Of a DNA stretch of 64,000 nt, positions 49,889-61,700 are shown piece by piece. Source of the DNA: Giardia intestinalis (taxonomy: Eukaryota). The position numbers were made by a program, and so were the translations under genes. The DNA lies in NCBI GenBank assembly GCA_000002435.2, contig CM018792.1; one strand, given 5' to 3'. The notes beneath the pieces were generated by a model. The model was not told the DNA's origin, made no database searches, and saw only the letters and a program-made list of their open reading frames with translations. The number at the start of each line of letters is the position of its first letter. The stretch's first letter is position 1.

Positions 49889-52800
49889 CTAGCAAACATC
49901 AAAAATCACTCGCTTGCTGATTGCTCCGTCAGGGGCCGTTTGTGTTTGCACCTTGGCCACAATGCAAATAACTTCAAACCGAAAGCGCGCCCTTCGACGA
50001 GTCATAATGCGCTTTTCTTCAAGAAACTTTTTGAGCATATTGTTTGGCCGCTTAGATGCAAGTCTATAAATCTCTTCAACCGTCTTGTTGTGTGAAGAAG
50101 GGTTCATCAGATAGTACTGGGTATTCCACGACAGATCTGCAATAGATGAGTGCTCATCGCTTTCACTTCCTGACCTCTGCTGATGACTGGAGCCCGGGTA
50201 GTCCAAATCTGATGTATCTACCGGTGCGTGGCCATATTCGGCCATGCGCTCCAGATAAAACTCATTGTAACGAAGATATCTGGGAAGGCGAGGTACCGCA
50301 AGCGTGCCTCTAGCAGAAGACTTGTAATCTGCATAAGACATGCTTGTGTCAGAGGCTCGGGAGCTCCATGTACTGGTACGGTCGGGATCACTGGCCCCCT
50401 TGTTGGAGGCAAGCGTTGACCTCATTCTGTGTCTCTCTGGGTGCATGAGATATTGAGTAAACGAAGCCTTGTCCTGTTCTGTTGGGGTAGATGATCGAAA
50501 ATAGATGTGACCAGTGGTGCTGGCGCGCATAAGGTGTGCAGCTGCATCTGTAGCTGCATAGGGAGCGTAGTTAGAATTCCTGATGCTCTCCAGGGCTGCC
50601 ACCGGAGGAAGAATACTCGGAGTGGAATGCTTGGAAGAGCGAACACAACTGGGGCCAGCAGATCTACTTGGAGTGGAGATTGTGGAGGCGTTTGGCAAAG
50701 CAAGTGAGCCAATGCGAGAATCAACTATCTTGTTATTTGTCGTCTGATTGAATCTATCAGTGGGCTCCTGTTCAACCTCGAGTAAAGTAAGCTTCACTGT
50801 CTCATTGCGCGGTGTTTGTGGTAGCAAGCGATCTTTGTCAGGACTGTGAAACTCAGCAGACACTCCATAGCCTACTTGAGCATCAGATAGACAGTCTGAC
50901 GAAGGGAGCACTTGAGTTGTATCGGACGTGTCGGTAAGCATGATTGCGTTATCTCCTGCTAACAAATCAAAGCTAGATTCATCACTATTTGTTTCAGATG
51001 GCAGCAGAAGAGTGCGTCGCTTATGGTAAGCTCGAGGTGGCTGCTTGACAGAGCTTCTTGCGGTGACCAGGCTTCTAAGCTGACTGTCCTCCCGACCCGC
51101 CTTATTTGTTGCTTCTTGTATAAAGGGTATTGCATCCTTACTGTGTGTACATGTACATGAGGAAGACTTTAGACTAGGGTCCTCTGCCAGAGAGGTGGTC
51201 CCTTCAGAGAGAAGATCAAGGCACTGTAAAAGCCGTCCAGGGCAGTCGATAGATATGTCTATATGTGAGAGGGGGGAAGAAGATAGATTGACTTCGTGAC
51301 TCCGCATAGTCTGCTCCAGGGGAGCACTGATAGCTAGAGTAGCCTGCTTAGATAATGCAAAGGGACTAACCACCTTATCGAGTGACTTGCTGGACGTGTG
51401 TAGATCATGAAACGGTGATTCTAAGTTCTGGTTATGCTGAGACTTATATTGCTGAAGAATTTTGTATACACTTTCCACAGAAAAGTCCTTATCTTGCAAA
51501 GGAGATGATCTACTTCTGCTCTCAAAATGCGTGTAGTTTAATACTTGGCTTCGCTGTTGTGCAGTATTCGATAGTGAGTAAGTAAGTCTTTTTCGGTGAG
51601 AAGAGCTCAAAGAAGGGGGGCCATCTGGAGGTGCAGGCGGTCCTACCTCAGTAGCCAGTGAAAAATCACTAGGGTGAGTAGGAGATGAGGAGTAGGGTAG
51701 AGCAGGCTGCGAGCCAGACATTATGATATCCCTTATGGCGCGAGTTCGACCCTTACTGATTGTCTGCGGGCCAAATATCCGCGTGACTCTCTCCTGTTGT
51801 GTAAGGTTGCTGAGTGAATAACTCATATCCGGTAAAGAAGTGAATAGAGTGGCCATACTCATAGACTTATCTAAAGAAGATTTGACCGATTGATGATGCG
51901 ACGGAGACAGCTTTGGGTCGGTGCTCTTCCTGTATTCAGTAGACGTTTGCTTTGGGTCAATAGGTGGTATGTCTGTGACAAGAGTGAGAGGAATGCGACC
52001 ATTGGAATCAGGTTGGCTTACAAGAAGACGTTGCTGTGAAAATTCCGATGATGGTGTATTATTTATCTGTACTGCCGATACGCTGCGAGGTATGTGTTCG
52101 TAAATTATACCAGGCATCGCAGTAGCTTTGGAACGCTTTAATAAAATAGTTCTCAGTGGACTCAGAAGCTGGCCCTTACATGCATTGGTTGGGTCAGCAG
52201 TTGTATTAGATGGATTGTCGACAAACTGGTTGATACCGTCGTTTACGACTCTCCTTCTAGAGTACTCCCGAATACCAAAGTCACGAACTGTGCAGGAGGT
52301 AGTCCACGGGGTCCGGCTCGAGACATCTATCTGAGAGCATCTACAACTTTGTGCATCTTCCTGCTTCTCGCTTAAGTCCCTGGCGGTCTCTCTAATGGGG
52401 ATATCTAGAGAATCATCACTGTGTGTGCACAAATTGTCCCTCGAACTACTAACAGATTGATCATCTAAAAGGAGAGATACCTCATCAAAAGACTCCTGCT
52501 CAGGCCGCTTCTGCTGGTGAACAGGGGGGTAAAAGGTGCCGGGTGAACACTGTCTTTGTACAGAGCAAGCAGCGCTTTTAGCACGATGAGGTACTACCCT
52601 ACAATGGGTTCGTGAAGGAGGAGGGATACAGTACACACGGAGGGGCGAGCCAACAACTCCTGTGCTCTTCCCTCGAATCAAGGAGGTCATGGTTCTCGCA
52701 ATTGGTTTCGTTGCCGGAGCCAGGGACATATGGCAAGAAGGCGCTCCACCGTGGGCTCCTTGACTACGGTCAGACAATATCGTTGAGACCACATCCTCAA

Positions 52801-53296
52801 CCGTAGACATCTTCCCCGCAGATCCCGAGGTATCTGACTGGGATAGTGACAGCTTGAAAGAAGGGTCAGTGTGTTGCAAAGTACTGGGAAGGCTAAAGTT
52901 CAGCTCCGTGGTGTCCTGCTCAACGCAGAAACGAGGAGGGTTCAAGTATGCAGTGAGTTGTGACGGTTTGTGGCCTAATGTGTACACTGTGTCATCAAAG
53001 TGGAATGAGCGAGAAAATGGCTCCCGTTTGATAAACAGGTGCCCATCAGACGTGGTGGTCACCACGGCTAGAGAATGCGGATGGGGGCGAATCTTATCCA
53101 AGCCGCTATGGACGGAAATAGATAAGTTCTTATGGATCAGTTGCTCATATATCTTGTGAAAAGGCTTTGTATTGCATCTTCGAGCCGTAGCATGCTTTGC
53201 CACATATCCCTTGCGAAGCAGCAATCTATACGCAGCATTTTCTGGCCGCCTTCCAGAAGCTTTGGCCTGCCTGAGCAAGAGAAACAGTCGATGCAA
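49889..53296 (-). CDS. large hypothetical Ser-rich protein (up to 1135 aa; start uncertain)
   Basis: The frame is open from 53296 (TTG), but the first in-frame ATG is only at 52810. The upstream 162 codons still look protein-like. Confidence 0.45.
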   Translation of the reverse strand: MHRLFLLLRQAKASGRRPENAAYRLLLRKGYVAKHATARRCNTKPFHKIYEQLIHKNLSISVHSGLDKIRPHPHSLAVVTTTSDGHLFIKREPFSRSFHFDDTVYTLGHKPSQLTAYLNPPRFCVEQDTTELNFSLPSTLQHTDPSFKLSLSQSDTSGSAGKMSTVEDVVSTILSDRSQGAHGGAPSCHMSLAPATKPIARTMTSLIRGKSTGVVGSPLRVYCIPPPSRTHCRVVPHRAKSAACSVQRQCSPGTFYPPVHQQKRPEQESFDEVSLLLDDQSVSSSRDNLCTHSDDSLDIPIRETARDLSEKQEDAQSCRCSQIDVSSRTPWTTSCTVRDFGIREYSRRRVVNDGINQFVDNPSNTTADPTNACKGQLLSPLRTILLKRSKATAMPGIIYEHIPRSVSAVQINNTPSSEFSQQRLLVSQPDSNGRIPLTLVTDIPPIDPKQTSTEYRKSTDPKLSPSHHQSVKSSLDKSMSMATLFTSLPDMSYSLSNLTQQERVTRIFGPQTISKGRTRAIRDIIMSGSQPALPYSSSPTHPSDFSLATEVGPPAPPDGPPSLSSSHRKRLTYSLSNTAQQRSQVLNYTHFESRSRSSPLQDKDFSVESVYKILQQYKSQHNQNLESPFHDLHTSSKSLDKVVSPFALSKQATLAISAPLEQTMRSHEVNLSSSPLSHIDISIDCPGRLLQCLDLLSEGTTSLAEDPSLKSSSCTCTHSKDAIPFIQEATNKAGREDSQLRSLVTARSSVKQPPRAYHKRRTLLLPSETNSDESSFDLLAGDNAIMLTDTSDTTQVLPSSDCLSDAQVGYGVSAEFHSPDKDRLLPQTPRNETVKLTLLEVEQEPTDRFNQTTNNKIVDSRIGSLALPNASTISTPSRSAGPSCVRSSKHSTPSILPPVAALESIRNSNYAPYAATDAAAHLMRASTTGHIYFRSSTPTEQDKASFTQYLMHPERHRMRSTLASNKGASDPDRTSTWSSRASDTSMSYADYKSSARGTLAVPRLPRYLRYNEFYLERMAEYGHAPVDTSDLDYPGSSHQQRSGSESDEHSSIADLSWNTQYYLMNPSSHNKTVEEIYRLASKRPNNMLKKFLEEKRIMTRRRARFRFEVICIVAKVQTQTAPDGAISKRVIFDVC

Positions 53297-53397
53297 TTCA
53301 GTTTTTAAAGAACTTTAGAGGAGAAAATTATATTCAGTGGCTGTACTTGCGTGACTACCAGTAACGGAGGAGTACTTGAGCTACTTAGAGGACCGGC

Positions 53398-53778
53398 ATG
53401 CAGAGACATTTCTTGTATCCTCCGAGAGAACTGCCGTCCCGTTCCTTACTGCAATTCATGAGTACATCAAAGAGTCGCAAAAGGTGTGAGTTGTACAGGG
53501 TTTATAAACACTTGGCACAAGTAACTAGACAGGAAGAGTCTACTTACATTTTATCCGGCTTTCTATCTGCAGACATGGAGCGAGATATATGCGGCTCTGG
53601 AGATGAAGCCGTCCTACGCATAACTCACGACGAGGCAGGGAGTGGAGATGACAATGGACACGAAAATACTAACGAAAGTAATGAAAGTAGTAGCCTAGGC
53701 CAAGGAGACTACGAAACAAACCACTATGAAGAAGCAGACGACTTGCAAGAGAACGACGATGACTTTGGGATACTCTAA
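53398..53778 (+). CDS. small hypothetical protein with acidic C-terminus (126 aa)
   Basis: An ATG-initiated ORF with an Asp/Glu-rich tail. Confidence 0.3.
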   Translation: MQRHFLYPPRELPSRSLLQFMSTSKSRKRCELYRVYKHLAQVTRQEESTYILSGFLSADMERDICGSGDEAVLRITHDEAGSGDDNGHENTNESNESSSLGQGDYETNHYEEADDLQENDDDFGIL

Positions 53779-54782
53779 CTGTATAATCGCTCAACTGCGC
53801 ATCTAACAAACTCCTGTGTCTCTTCGCAAAAGAGAGAAAGAATGACGAAGTTCCGCGTAACGACAATAGAGTAGCTCCATCGATATCCCAGGTACATTGC
53901 TAAGCTAAAAAGGCGTTCAAAGTTTCGGATGAATTTCTTCGGGTGAACAGTGCATGACACCTGCGATGGTTGGTCCCTCGTTTTCATGGGAACCTTATAT
54001 CTGAGTGTCGAGGACAGGGAAGAGGACGATAATCCTAGCGCTACTAGCATTGTAGAGCTATCTTCTGCCTTAGTAAAGACAGTGAGGCCTAAACCTTTGT
54101 CATCAACCGTCGTGGAAAACGTAGTAAACAACTTTGCCAACAAAGTGTTCGCAGTTGGCACAAGGAAGTCTTTGTATGCAGCCTGCTCTACTGTTTCGCC
54201 GTCTACAACGCTATCGGAGATTGAAGGAGACTCCAAGGAATGTGGTAATGAGCTCTGCCGGCCGTTGGTGTCGACGTGCTGACAAGACTGAAGAGATAGA
54301 TGCATAATGAGGTTGCGCAGCCGCGTGATGACATCGTCTGTCCTGTCATTCTTTCCTTTTGTGTACGTTACCGGGATTTCATAGCGTGTAGAAACTTTAG
54401 TGAAGTTCCCTCCTGACTCAAGACCACTGAGAAGAAGGTTCTCTCCTGCACAAAGAACCTGAAGCATGTAGCGGTCCCGCTTCATCAGGTAAAAGTTAAG
54501 CCATGAAGACTGACTTCCGCCTGCTTGTTCTATGACGTCCAAAATGTGCTGAGCCATGACATCCATGACAAATACCCCTGTTGCAGCAAAATCCATGGAG
54601 GAGAATAGAGAAGTGCGATCCATACGTACATGCGTCTTGCTATGATAGCAGATGAGATCAATTTTAGAATCAGGTACGCCATCATACTGAAGCAGGATTG
54701 ACCACTGTTCTTCTGGGTGGGTACGGAGAATCGAGTAGAGCAGGCTCCCCTTTCCCGCAGTCAAGGAGAAGCGGAAATGCAT
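53775..54782 (-). CDS. hypothetical protein (335 aa)
   Basis: A complete ATG..stop ORF with the aaattttaacc…ATG context. No confident domain was found. Confidence 0.5.
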   Translation of the reverse strand: MHFRFSLTAGKGSLLYSILRTHPEEQWSILLQYDGVPDSKIDLICYHSKTHVRMDRTSLFSSMDFAATGVFVMDVMAQHILDVIEQAGGSQSSWLNFYLMKRDRYMLQVLCAGENLLLSGLESGGNFTKVSTRYEIPVTYTKGKNDRTDDVITRLRNLIMHLSLQSCQHVDTNGRQSSLPHSLESPSISDSVVDGETVEQAAYKDFLVPTANTLLAKLFTTFSTTVDDKGLGLTVFTKAEDSSTMLVALGLSSSSLSSTLRYKVPMKTRDQPSQVSCTVHPKKFIRNFERLFSLAMYLGYRWSYSIVVTRNFVILSLFCEETQEFVRCAVERLYS

Positions 54783-54802
54783 TCACGACGGGTGGTTAAA
54801 AT

Positions 54803-57112
54803 TTACAGCCACGCAGTTGTCATGTTGGCATTGAGTGAGTAGGGAGCCTCGTCTGATAAAGGCGTGTGTAGATCCGTTTCGTGGATAAGCGCTTCTACGC
54901 ATTTGGCGAACAGGCTGTGTTCGCACAGTAAGGCGTGGGCCTTAGGATACTTGATATCTTTAGACTCTCGGAACTCTGCGAAGGTTCGGGGTACTAGAAC
55001 AGGAGCATCTGCATCAGGTATATAATCGTTTAGGCAGTCCATGTCGACAGCGTAATAGTCGTACTTTATGGCCATGAGCATCATGCTATTTACCTTCGTA
55101 CAGAACCTCATAGTCTCGCGGAATATGGACCTAAGAGCTACCACGTAAGACACGGTCCGGAGCTTAGACTTATCCGCACTGAGCTCACAAGGCACCTCAT
55201 CTTCGTTCTTTTTCACGTCCTTTAAATAGAACAAACACAAGCGAGTAATGGTGTGTTCTAATAGCGATGTGTTCTTAGGACTCAGGCTCACACCCAGTTC
55301 AATAATTCCGCTGATGATCCGCACGCCTACAGATTGAATTACCGTGCTTTCTTTGTAGTTTCTCATGATGTTCAAAATGGTACAGAGCCTGTTTGAGCGC
55401 ACAATATGACTGTACAGGAAGAACGGAGAAATGATTAAGGGGAGCTGCTTCCAGTTGAGACAGTCCCCATAGTTATAGTTCATGACATCATCCACTGAAA
55501 ACACCGTATCGGTGTACATGTCGGACCACATAAACTCTCCTATTGACGTCTCCTCCATTAGTACGATCTTTCGTAAAGCAAGGTCGGACTGTACATCATC
55601 TGTGTCTCCGGCATCGTCAAAGAACTGCATAACCACCTTGGAAGAGTTCGCTACACCGATCGCATGACTAGTATAGAACAGATAGAGGTACGAGGCGACT
55701 TGGAGAGCTCTGCTAACCTGGTCATCCGTAGTAGTTCGGTTCTCTGAGGCGCATCTGTCAATGAACGACAAGGCCTCGGCGAGTGTGGTAACTATAGTAA
55801 TAAACTTGTGAGTGTATTTTGCCTCAAATTCATCAAGTGCCTCATTATCGTAGTGTTGTAGTTCATATTTGCGCGTTTTAGCGACTAGTGTTTTGCCTCC
55901 ATCTATATTCTCAGTAGACACAGAGGTGCACTTCACCTCTTCCTCTATAGAGTAAATTAAATGACTAATAGCAGTGTTGAAATAGTCGTTACGCTCCTTG
56001 ATGAATTCGTCGGATAGCTGGGGTGTGCTATGAATCTTCCTGAATTCCTTGTAGTGAAGTGCGACAGACCGCACCACAAGGTACCTCAACATATGAATGA
56101 TAACTTGGCCGCATATTTTCAATGTCATTAGCATGTCACTTAGTTCGGTCATACTTTTAGAGCTAGTAGAGATGAACAGATACTTGTCAAGGATGAGGCG
56201 GTAGTGGTCAAAAATCTGATCGCATAGATAGGGGACATTACAGCGTAAAATAGTGGCCAATATTGTGGAGTATGCTTCTGCCCGGGTGTAGCTGGATATC
56301 TTGTTGCCGATGGCAAGCCTAGAAAAGCTCTTCAGCTTATCCTCCATAGTGGCCTTAGAGCGATCCATATCGTTGTTCTTCGTACCGGCGCTAACAACAG
56401 TGCCGGTCATGTCTGGAAGCGTAATACCTGCAACCTCGCGGACAAAGTTTCGTATGACGCAATGGGAGGCACAGAGGTCGGCTATCTTCTTCGTCATCGC
56501 ATCAGTGCGGGTCTGATAATTCGTCAGGAAGAACAGAAAGACATCCTGGGCCTTACTATTGCATATACAGGCAAGCCACTTATTGAGTAGGGCTTTATCA
56601 TTAGTAAAGAGATCAATTACAGAGGACAGTCTCTCTTGCTTCTTAAGACCTGTGAGAATGAAAAGAGAAAGTCCGTCGATAAGCTCCTGCCTGCCCTTAA
56701 AGACAGCGGAGTTCAAGGCGGGTGAGGCGACGGGAGAGTTCACATAATAATGAAGCAGAGTGAACACTCTTACAAGTATCTCCTCACTACTAAAACATGC
56801 ATCCATTATAGCAGGGTTGGATGGAAAAGCTGAAAAGATGTCAAAGGCTAACGGCGTCAAATCTGAAGGAGACTCTGGAGGAAAAGCAAGATCTAGAAGC
56901 TGTAAGATGTTATCAGGCTTTAGAAACACCTCTGTTGCGACGCGAGTGGACTGGCTTACTTCGTTGGATGTGTTCTTATCACGTACGAGGGTATCGAAGT
57001 CAACTATTAGTGGTGGCTCGCCATCGTCACGCAGACCCGACCAGTACACATGCTGATTCATGATAGCATCAACTCTGAGCAAGTGTGCTTGGGGATCTGC
57101 TTGGGGAAGCAT
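54803..57112 (-). CDS. hypothetical helical-repeat protein (769 aa)
   Basis: A complete ORF with the aattttaaaaacccATG start context. It lies 20 bp in tandem with the upstream minus-strand gene. Confidence 0.5.
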   Translation of the reverse strand: MLPQADPQAHLLRVDAIMNQHVYWSGLRDDGEPPLIVDFDTLVRDKNTSNEVSQSTRVATEVFLKPDNILQLLDLAFPPESPSDLTPLAFDIFSAFPSNPAIMDACFSSEEILVRVFTLLHYYVNSPVASPALNSAVFKGRQELIDGLSLFILTGLKKQERLSSVIDLFTNDKALLNKWLACICNSKAQDVFLFFLTNYQTRTDAMTKKIADLCASHCVIRNFVREVAGITLPDMTGTVVSAGTKNNDMDRSKATMEDKLKSFSRLAIGNKISSYTRAEAYSTILATILRCNVPYLCDQIFDHYRLILDKYLFISTSSKSMTELSDMLMTLKICGQVIIHMLRYLVVRSVALHYKEFRKIHSTPQLSDEFIKERNDYFNTAISHLIYSIEEEVKCTSVSTENIDGGKTLVAKTRKYELQHYDNEALDEFEAKYTHKFITIVTTLAEALSFIDRCASENRTTTDDQVSRALQVASYLYLFYTSHAIGVANSSKVVMQFFDDAGDTDDVQSDLALRKIVLMEETSIGEFMWSDMYTDTVFSVDDVMNYNYGDCLNWKQLPLIISPFFLYSHIVRSNRLCTILNIMRNYKESTVIQSVGVRIISGIIELGVSLSPKNTSLLEHTITRLCLFYLKDVKKNEDEVPCELSADKSKLRTVSYVVALRSIFRETMRFCTKVNSMMLMAIKYDYYAVDMDCLNDYIPDADAPVLVPRTFAEFRESKDIKYPKAHALLCEHSLFAKCVEALIHETDLHTPLSDEAPYSLNANMTTAWL

Positions 57113-57186
57113 GGGTTTTTAAAATTCATTGCACAATCAGATTAGTAAAATATTTTTGAAAAGTTAAGAGGAAAAACAGGCGCATC

Positions 57187-58149
57187 ATGGACAGTGATAA
57201 CATTAAACGCTACCATGTCGTAAGCATGTCTCCAGGAAGCGGTCCTCTGCATAGGGGCGTACCAGAACAGGACTCATTTGTCCAGGGGGGTTCAGGGACC
57301 CCGGCTTCGACGTTGCAGAACAAGGTGTCTACGTCCCAGCAAACTAGTGAGATGTACAATCCTCATTTAGTATCGGCGAATGTACAAACATATCGCACTA
57401 ATACCGTGGCACCAGGTCCGCACAGCCTCAATACCTCCTTTCCAGCGTACACTGGAACACAATCCTATCAGGCCCCTTTGGTACACCCATCATATCAGAC
57501 AGCTACGCAAGGCAATTATAACACAACAACTATGCGCGAATACAATCCGCACTTGGACAAGGACGCGCGTGTGGTTAGCGAAAACGTTATAGAAGTGCCA
57601 TCTGGACTTCCCGCGCGCATAGTCAGGGAGGAGCCTGTTGAGTTTGTTAAGGAGATAGTAAGGGAGATCCCGAGGGAATATATTCAACGCACTGTGTTTC
57701 AAGAGCCGGTTACATACATACGAGAGGTGACCTATGATGAGCCCGTCCTGGTCATGGAGCAAGTCGTGGAACGGGAGCCATATGCATATTATAAACGAAC
57801 GGTTGAAAACGTCCAAGGGGGTCAACGTATCATTTCTTCAGGAGGAGCCACTGTGCCAGTACAAAGCTTTCCTCAAACTCAAACCCCCACGCAACACTAC
57901 CCTGGGCTAGCAGCTGCTCCGGGTCCTTACGCAGCATACCCAACCAATACTCAAATGATCCCAACCACCAATTACGTCCAGGGTGCTCCGCGCACGATCC
58001 CGCTGAGTGAGGTTAGCTCACGACCAGTGCCGGTACCGGGCGGTCTTCAGGTCTCTCAGCCACCTCCCTCATTAGTAGCTTCACGGGGTACTATAGGGCA
58101 GCAACATTACATGGCCGGGAATTCGCGCCTCAATACCTCACGGGGATAA
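57187..58149 (+). CDS. hypothetical protein with Val/Glu/Pro-rich 'EPV/EIVRE' repeats (articulin/alveolin-like motif) and Q/P/T-rich tails
   Basis: The internal repeat block is IVREEPVEFVKEIVREIPREYIQRTVFQEPVTYIREVTYDEPVLVMEQVVEREPYAYYKRTVE. The start is gaggaaaaacaggcgcatcATG. Confidence 0.5.
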   Translation: MDSDNIKRYHVVSMSPGSGPLHRGVPEQDSFVQGGSGTPASTLQNKVSTSQQTSEMYNPHLVSANVQTYRTNTVAPGPHSLNTSFPAYTGTQSYQAPLVHPSYQTATQGNYNTTTMREYNPHLDKDARVVSENVIEVPSGLPARIVREEPVEFVKEIVREIPREYIQRTVFQEPVTYIREVTYDEPVLVMEQVVEREPYAYYKRTVENVQGGQRIISSGGATVPVQSFPQTQTPTQHYPGLAAAPGPYAAYPTNTQMIPTTNYVQGAPRTIPLSEVSSRPVPVPGGLQVSQPPPSLVASRGTIGQQHYMAGNSRLNTSRG

Positions 58150-58292
58150 GCGTTGACAGATTAGAAAGTCGATGAAAACTAGGAGCTCTACCTTCCCAGC
58201 TACAAGTACCAAAGGTCTATATAGGAACAGCAGCGGAGGAACAGCGAGTGAATTAACCAAATTATTGAACATAACTGAATTTTGCCTCCTAA

Positions 58293-58724
58293 ATGCTTCT
58301 TCCCAAGGCTGGGGTAGAGATTGCAAAGGGTCTGACTGCTGGAGTACGGAGTTCCCTGTCTGTTCTTGCAGATAATATAGTAGAGAGTAGTCTGGCCCTC
58401 GCAGATATCTGGCATCATGTACGGGCGGAGGTCCGCAGCCTGGCAAAAGCGCCGAATTGGGCCAAAGTAAGGATAGCTCCCATGCCCTTGTCTCAAGCAA
58501 GCCAAATACTAGACATAGAATCTGACACTAGCCTGGACAAGATCAGGGCCCAACGTGATAAGTTGCTCGGACAGCTGTCCCTCAGTCCTTTTCTTCAGGT
58601 TAAGGTTAATGAGGCATATGAGCGTATTAAAAAAAGTAAATGCGGGCGTTATGCACACCGCCGGGAAAGCCGCAGGGAACGTTGCAGGGAAAGTAAAATT
58701 CAGATTTTAAATAAAAACATATGA
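58293..58724 (+). CDS. small hypothetical protein (143 aa)
   Basis: An ATG ORF whose stop overlaps the ATG of the next gene (ATGA). Its real coding status is uncertain. Confidence 0.3.
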   Translation: MLLPKAGVEIAKGLTAGVRSSLSVLADNIVESSLALADIWHHVRAEVRSLAKAPNWAKVRIAPMPLSQASQILDIESDTSLDKIRAQRDKLLGQLSLSPFLQVKVNEAYERIKKSKCGRYAHRRESRRERCRESKIQILNKNI

Positions 58725-61700
58725 GTCATAAAGTGCCGGATGTCCGTGAGCAGGCCGGCGCTGAGGAGTATGACGAGACTATATATGAAACTATATACGA
58801 GTCAATATACGAGACCTATTTAGAGGACGATTTGCCTCCTGCCACAGAGCCAGCATTAGAAGCTCAGAGATCCCCTTATACCGACATGGGAAAGCCGCTG
58901 GGATCCAGGTCAGATCGCTCCTTAGTTTCATTAGAAGCAATGATTACTAATTCGGATCCTACTACCAAGGCAATGGGATTAGACGCGCTTCGTGACAGCA
59001 ATGATCATGACACAAGGACAAAGCTTGCATATGCATTCCAGTGTCTTGATGATACTAATATGATTATAACTGATGCCGCTATCCAGCTTTTAAGAGTAAC
59101 AGTTGAAGATGACCCCCTTCCTCTTTTACAAGATGCTTACGAAACGACTACGAAGGAGTTTCATGACGCAGTAGCACACATAACGTCGGATATCATTTTC
59201 AGAAGTCAGAAGATGACTGATGCGTCTATCTCTATACTGTCCATGCTTACTCAGGTGCACCTAGACCTCGCTCTTTTTATATTGACGCAGATGATGAACG
59301 GCTTTAGGCAAAAGAATATCAAGAACGTCGAAATAACAAGTACTGCTCTCAGGAAACTAGAACTGTACATAGATCGCGCCATTGATTCCTCTGCACTAGT
59401 GGAATTTCCTGGAACGCTGATCAAGAGCATAGCAGACAGCCTTACTGTTGCGTTGAAGACAAAGGGGCTAGGAATCAAAGAGGTGGCTGAGGACTATATA
59501 CTAAGTCTTACACACATCATTCCTTCGGATCTTCTACTAACTGAGTTTACCAAGAATAAGCTTACCTCTGTGAAAGGATTAACGTCTACGGGAAATACCC
59601 CCGGGCCGATTTCGCGCCCCATCACAAGGCCTCCTCCCCGGGCGCAGTCACAACCCAAGAACGCATACCAATCTTCTTCCCACAGAGGGTCCCTCAGTAC
59701 TCATGAGCCTGATAACTTGTCATCAAGAACTACAGGCTCTGTTTCTGGCAGTGGAGTCGTCGGACAGGAGCACGCCGTGGAGGGCTTAGTCGCCAGCCAA
59801 CAGTCATTTGAGGAGCAAGTTGCTGGGGGTTCACGGCAATCATTCACTGACCGTGATGACTCTCTTACGCAACCTTCCGACAGTTTCTCGAAAACAGACG
59901 AGCTAAAGTATGTCTACACACCGCCCAATTTTGACCCCGACGCCGAGGATTGGATATCTATGATGTACATTCCCCGGTCGATTCTTCCTGGGATCACTGA
60001 CAGTTCCTGGCAGATCAGAAAAGAAGCACTAGAGACGACCGAGCTTCTCTTCAATCCCTTCATTCCCCATCCTCAGCCGTCGCTCACCCTTGCCCAGTGC
60101 GAGAATAGAAAGAATAACAAGACAGTTGCAGAAGAGATACTGATGCGCATCAATGAAGTGGTGATCGGTGATCAGAATATAGCAGTGGTAATAGCTGCCC
60201 TTGGAGCTCTTCGGATCATGCTGATGTATCTTCCTTCATCCTATTATAGTTCTCACAGTAAGCGTGAAATAACCGAGTCAATACTGCAGAAACTGAAATC
60301 AAGAAAGCCGAGCCTTTTATCGCCTTGCTACAATACCGTTGATGTCATTCTGGGAAGATTTTTGACGCTCGAGGAGTTTATTGAGCTCCCCATCCTCCAG
60401 AATGCGCTTCCAGAAGTCCCCAGAGATGTAATTGATAAGATCCCCGCAAATTGCTCGTTTAAGGCATTTATAGATCAAGTTGATGAATATATTAAGAAAG
60501 ACAAGCGACCAATACCCCCATCCAAATCCGCACTCAATACGTATCTTTATATAGAGTTTTGTCGCCTGCTCCAGCGGCAAATGACATTTCTTCTCTTCTT
60601 GCTTCTGGGCGGAATTTATAAGAAGGCTGTCTTACAAAGTGTCATCCCCAGTTCTGTCATGGAGCTTCTGTGCGCATATGCTGCGTCGCCAAATGTCGTA
60701 ATTAAGTTAGACCTCAGTGAAAGCTTTCAAGCTATGCTAGCTGGGATGGGGACGCCGACTCCTCTGAAGACCAAGGAACTTAGTGGTCCATCTTTTACTC
60801 TCCCCCTAAGGATGGAAAGCATTGCAGGCCTGTCCAGTCTTCGATACTATCCACTGAGTTTTGTTGCTCATTTGTGTCGAGGATTTTTCTGTGAAAAGAG
60901 CCTCTATACTTTGTCTTTTATAAAAATATGTACCGGTACGTTAATGCGGGACATGTCCTCTGAGGTTAGAAGTGTCAGTAAGGAATTCGATGGCATTCTT
61001 AACACGTTCATGTCCCTTCATCGTAGCGCACTCAAGCAAAAATTGGGTGGAGCTTCGCGAGGATCCAGTCCGACAAAGAAGACTGGGCCTCATGCTTCTA
61101 ACGCTGCCAAAGGCCAGAATTCAGGTCACACCCAGGTAAAGCCTGCGCAAATTGCTGTTCATCCCACCGATTCTGATCTCTTAGACTTTGACCCAAAGAA
61201 GCCTTCTACACAGGCCTCTCTGAACGACTCTGATCCTACACTTGGGAAGACTCCAGTCAACACCTCTAATGCTAGCAATGCGTCCCAGAAAAGCGATCCC
61301 TTGTCGTCACCAGAAAAGCCTAAGACACCCCAGCATGCAAGTGGAAAGGCTGGAGCCCGGAGTGGAACCCCTGCCAAGATGAAGACACCTGTTCGCTCGG
61401 TGCAAAGTCAACCCCCGCAAATCATTGGGACTGCGGGAAAGACCAAGTTCATTTATTACCACGCCTATGATTTTCCTGCTGAGATTTTTCGTACTTGCTC
61501 CTTCGACAGTGGCACAAACTTCAAACGCGTCAAGATAATGCTTCGACCACCCTCGTTTTTACTCTACAAGATCGGACCTGTTTGTACATCCGATGACCTG
61601 ACGTTTGTTGAAACGCTTAACACACCAAAGTACGACTTTTCTTTGATATTCCAGCCAGCACATCCACAAGAATCCCGTGAAGGAACTTTCTATGTATTGC

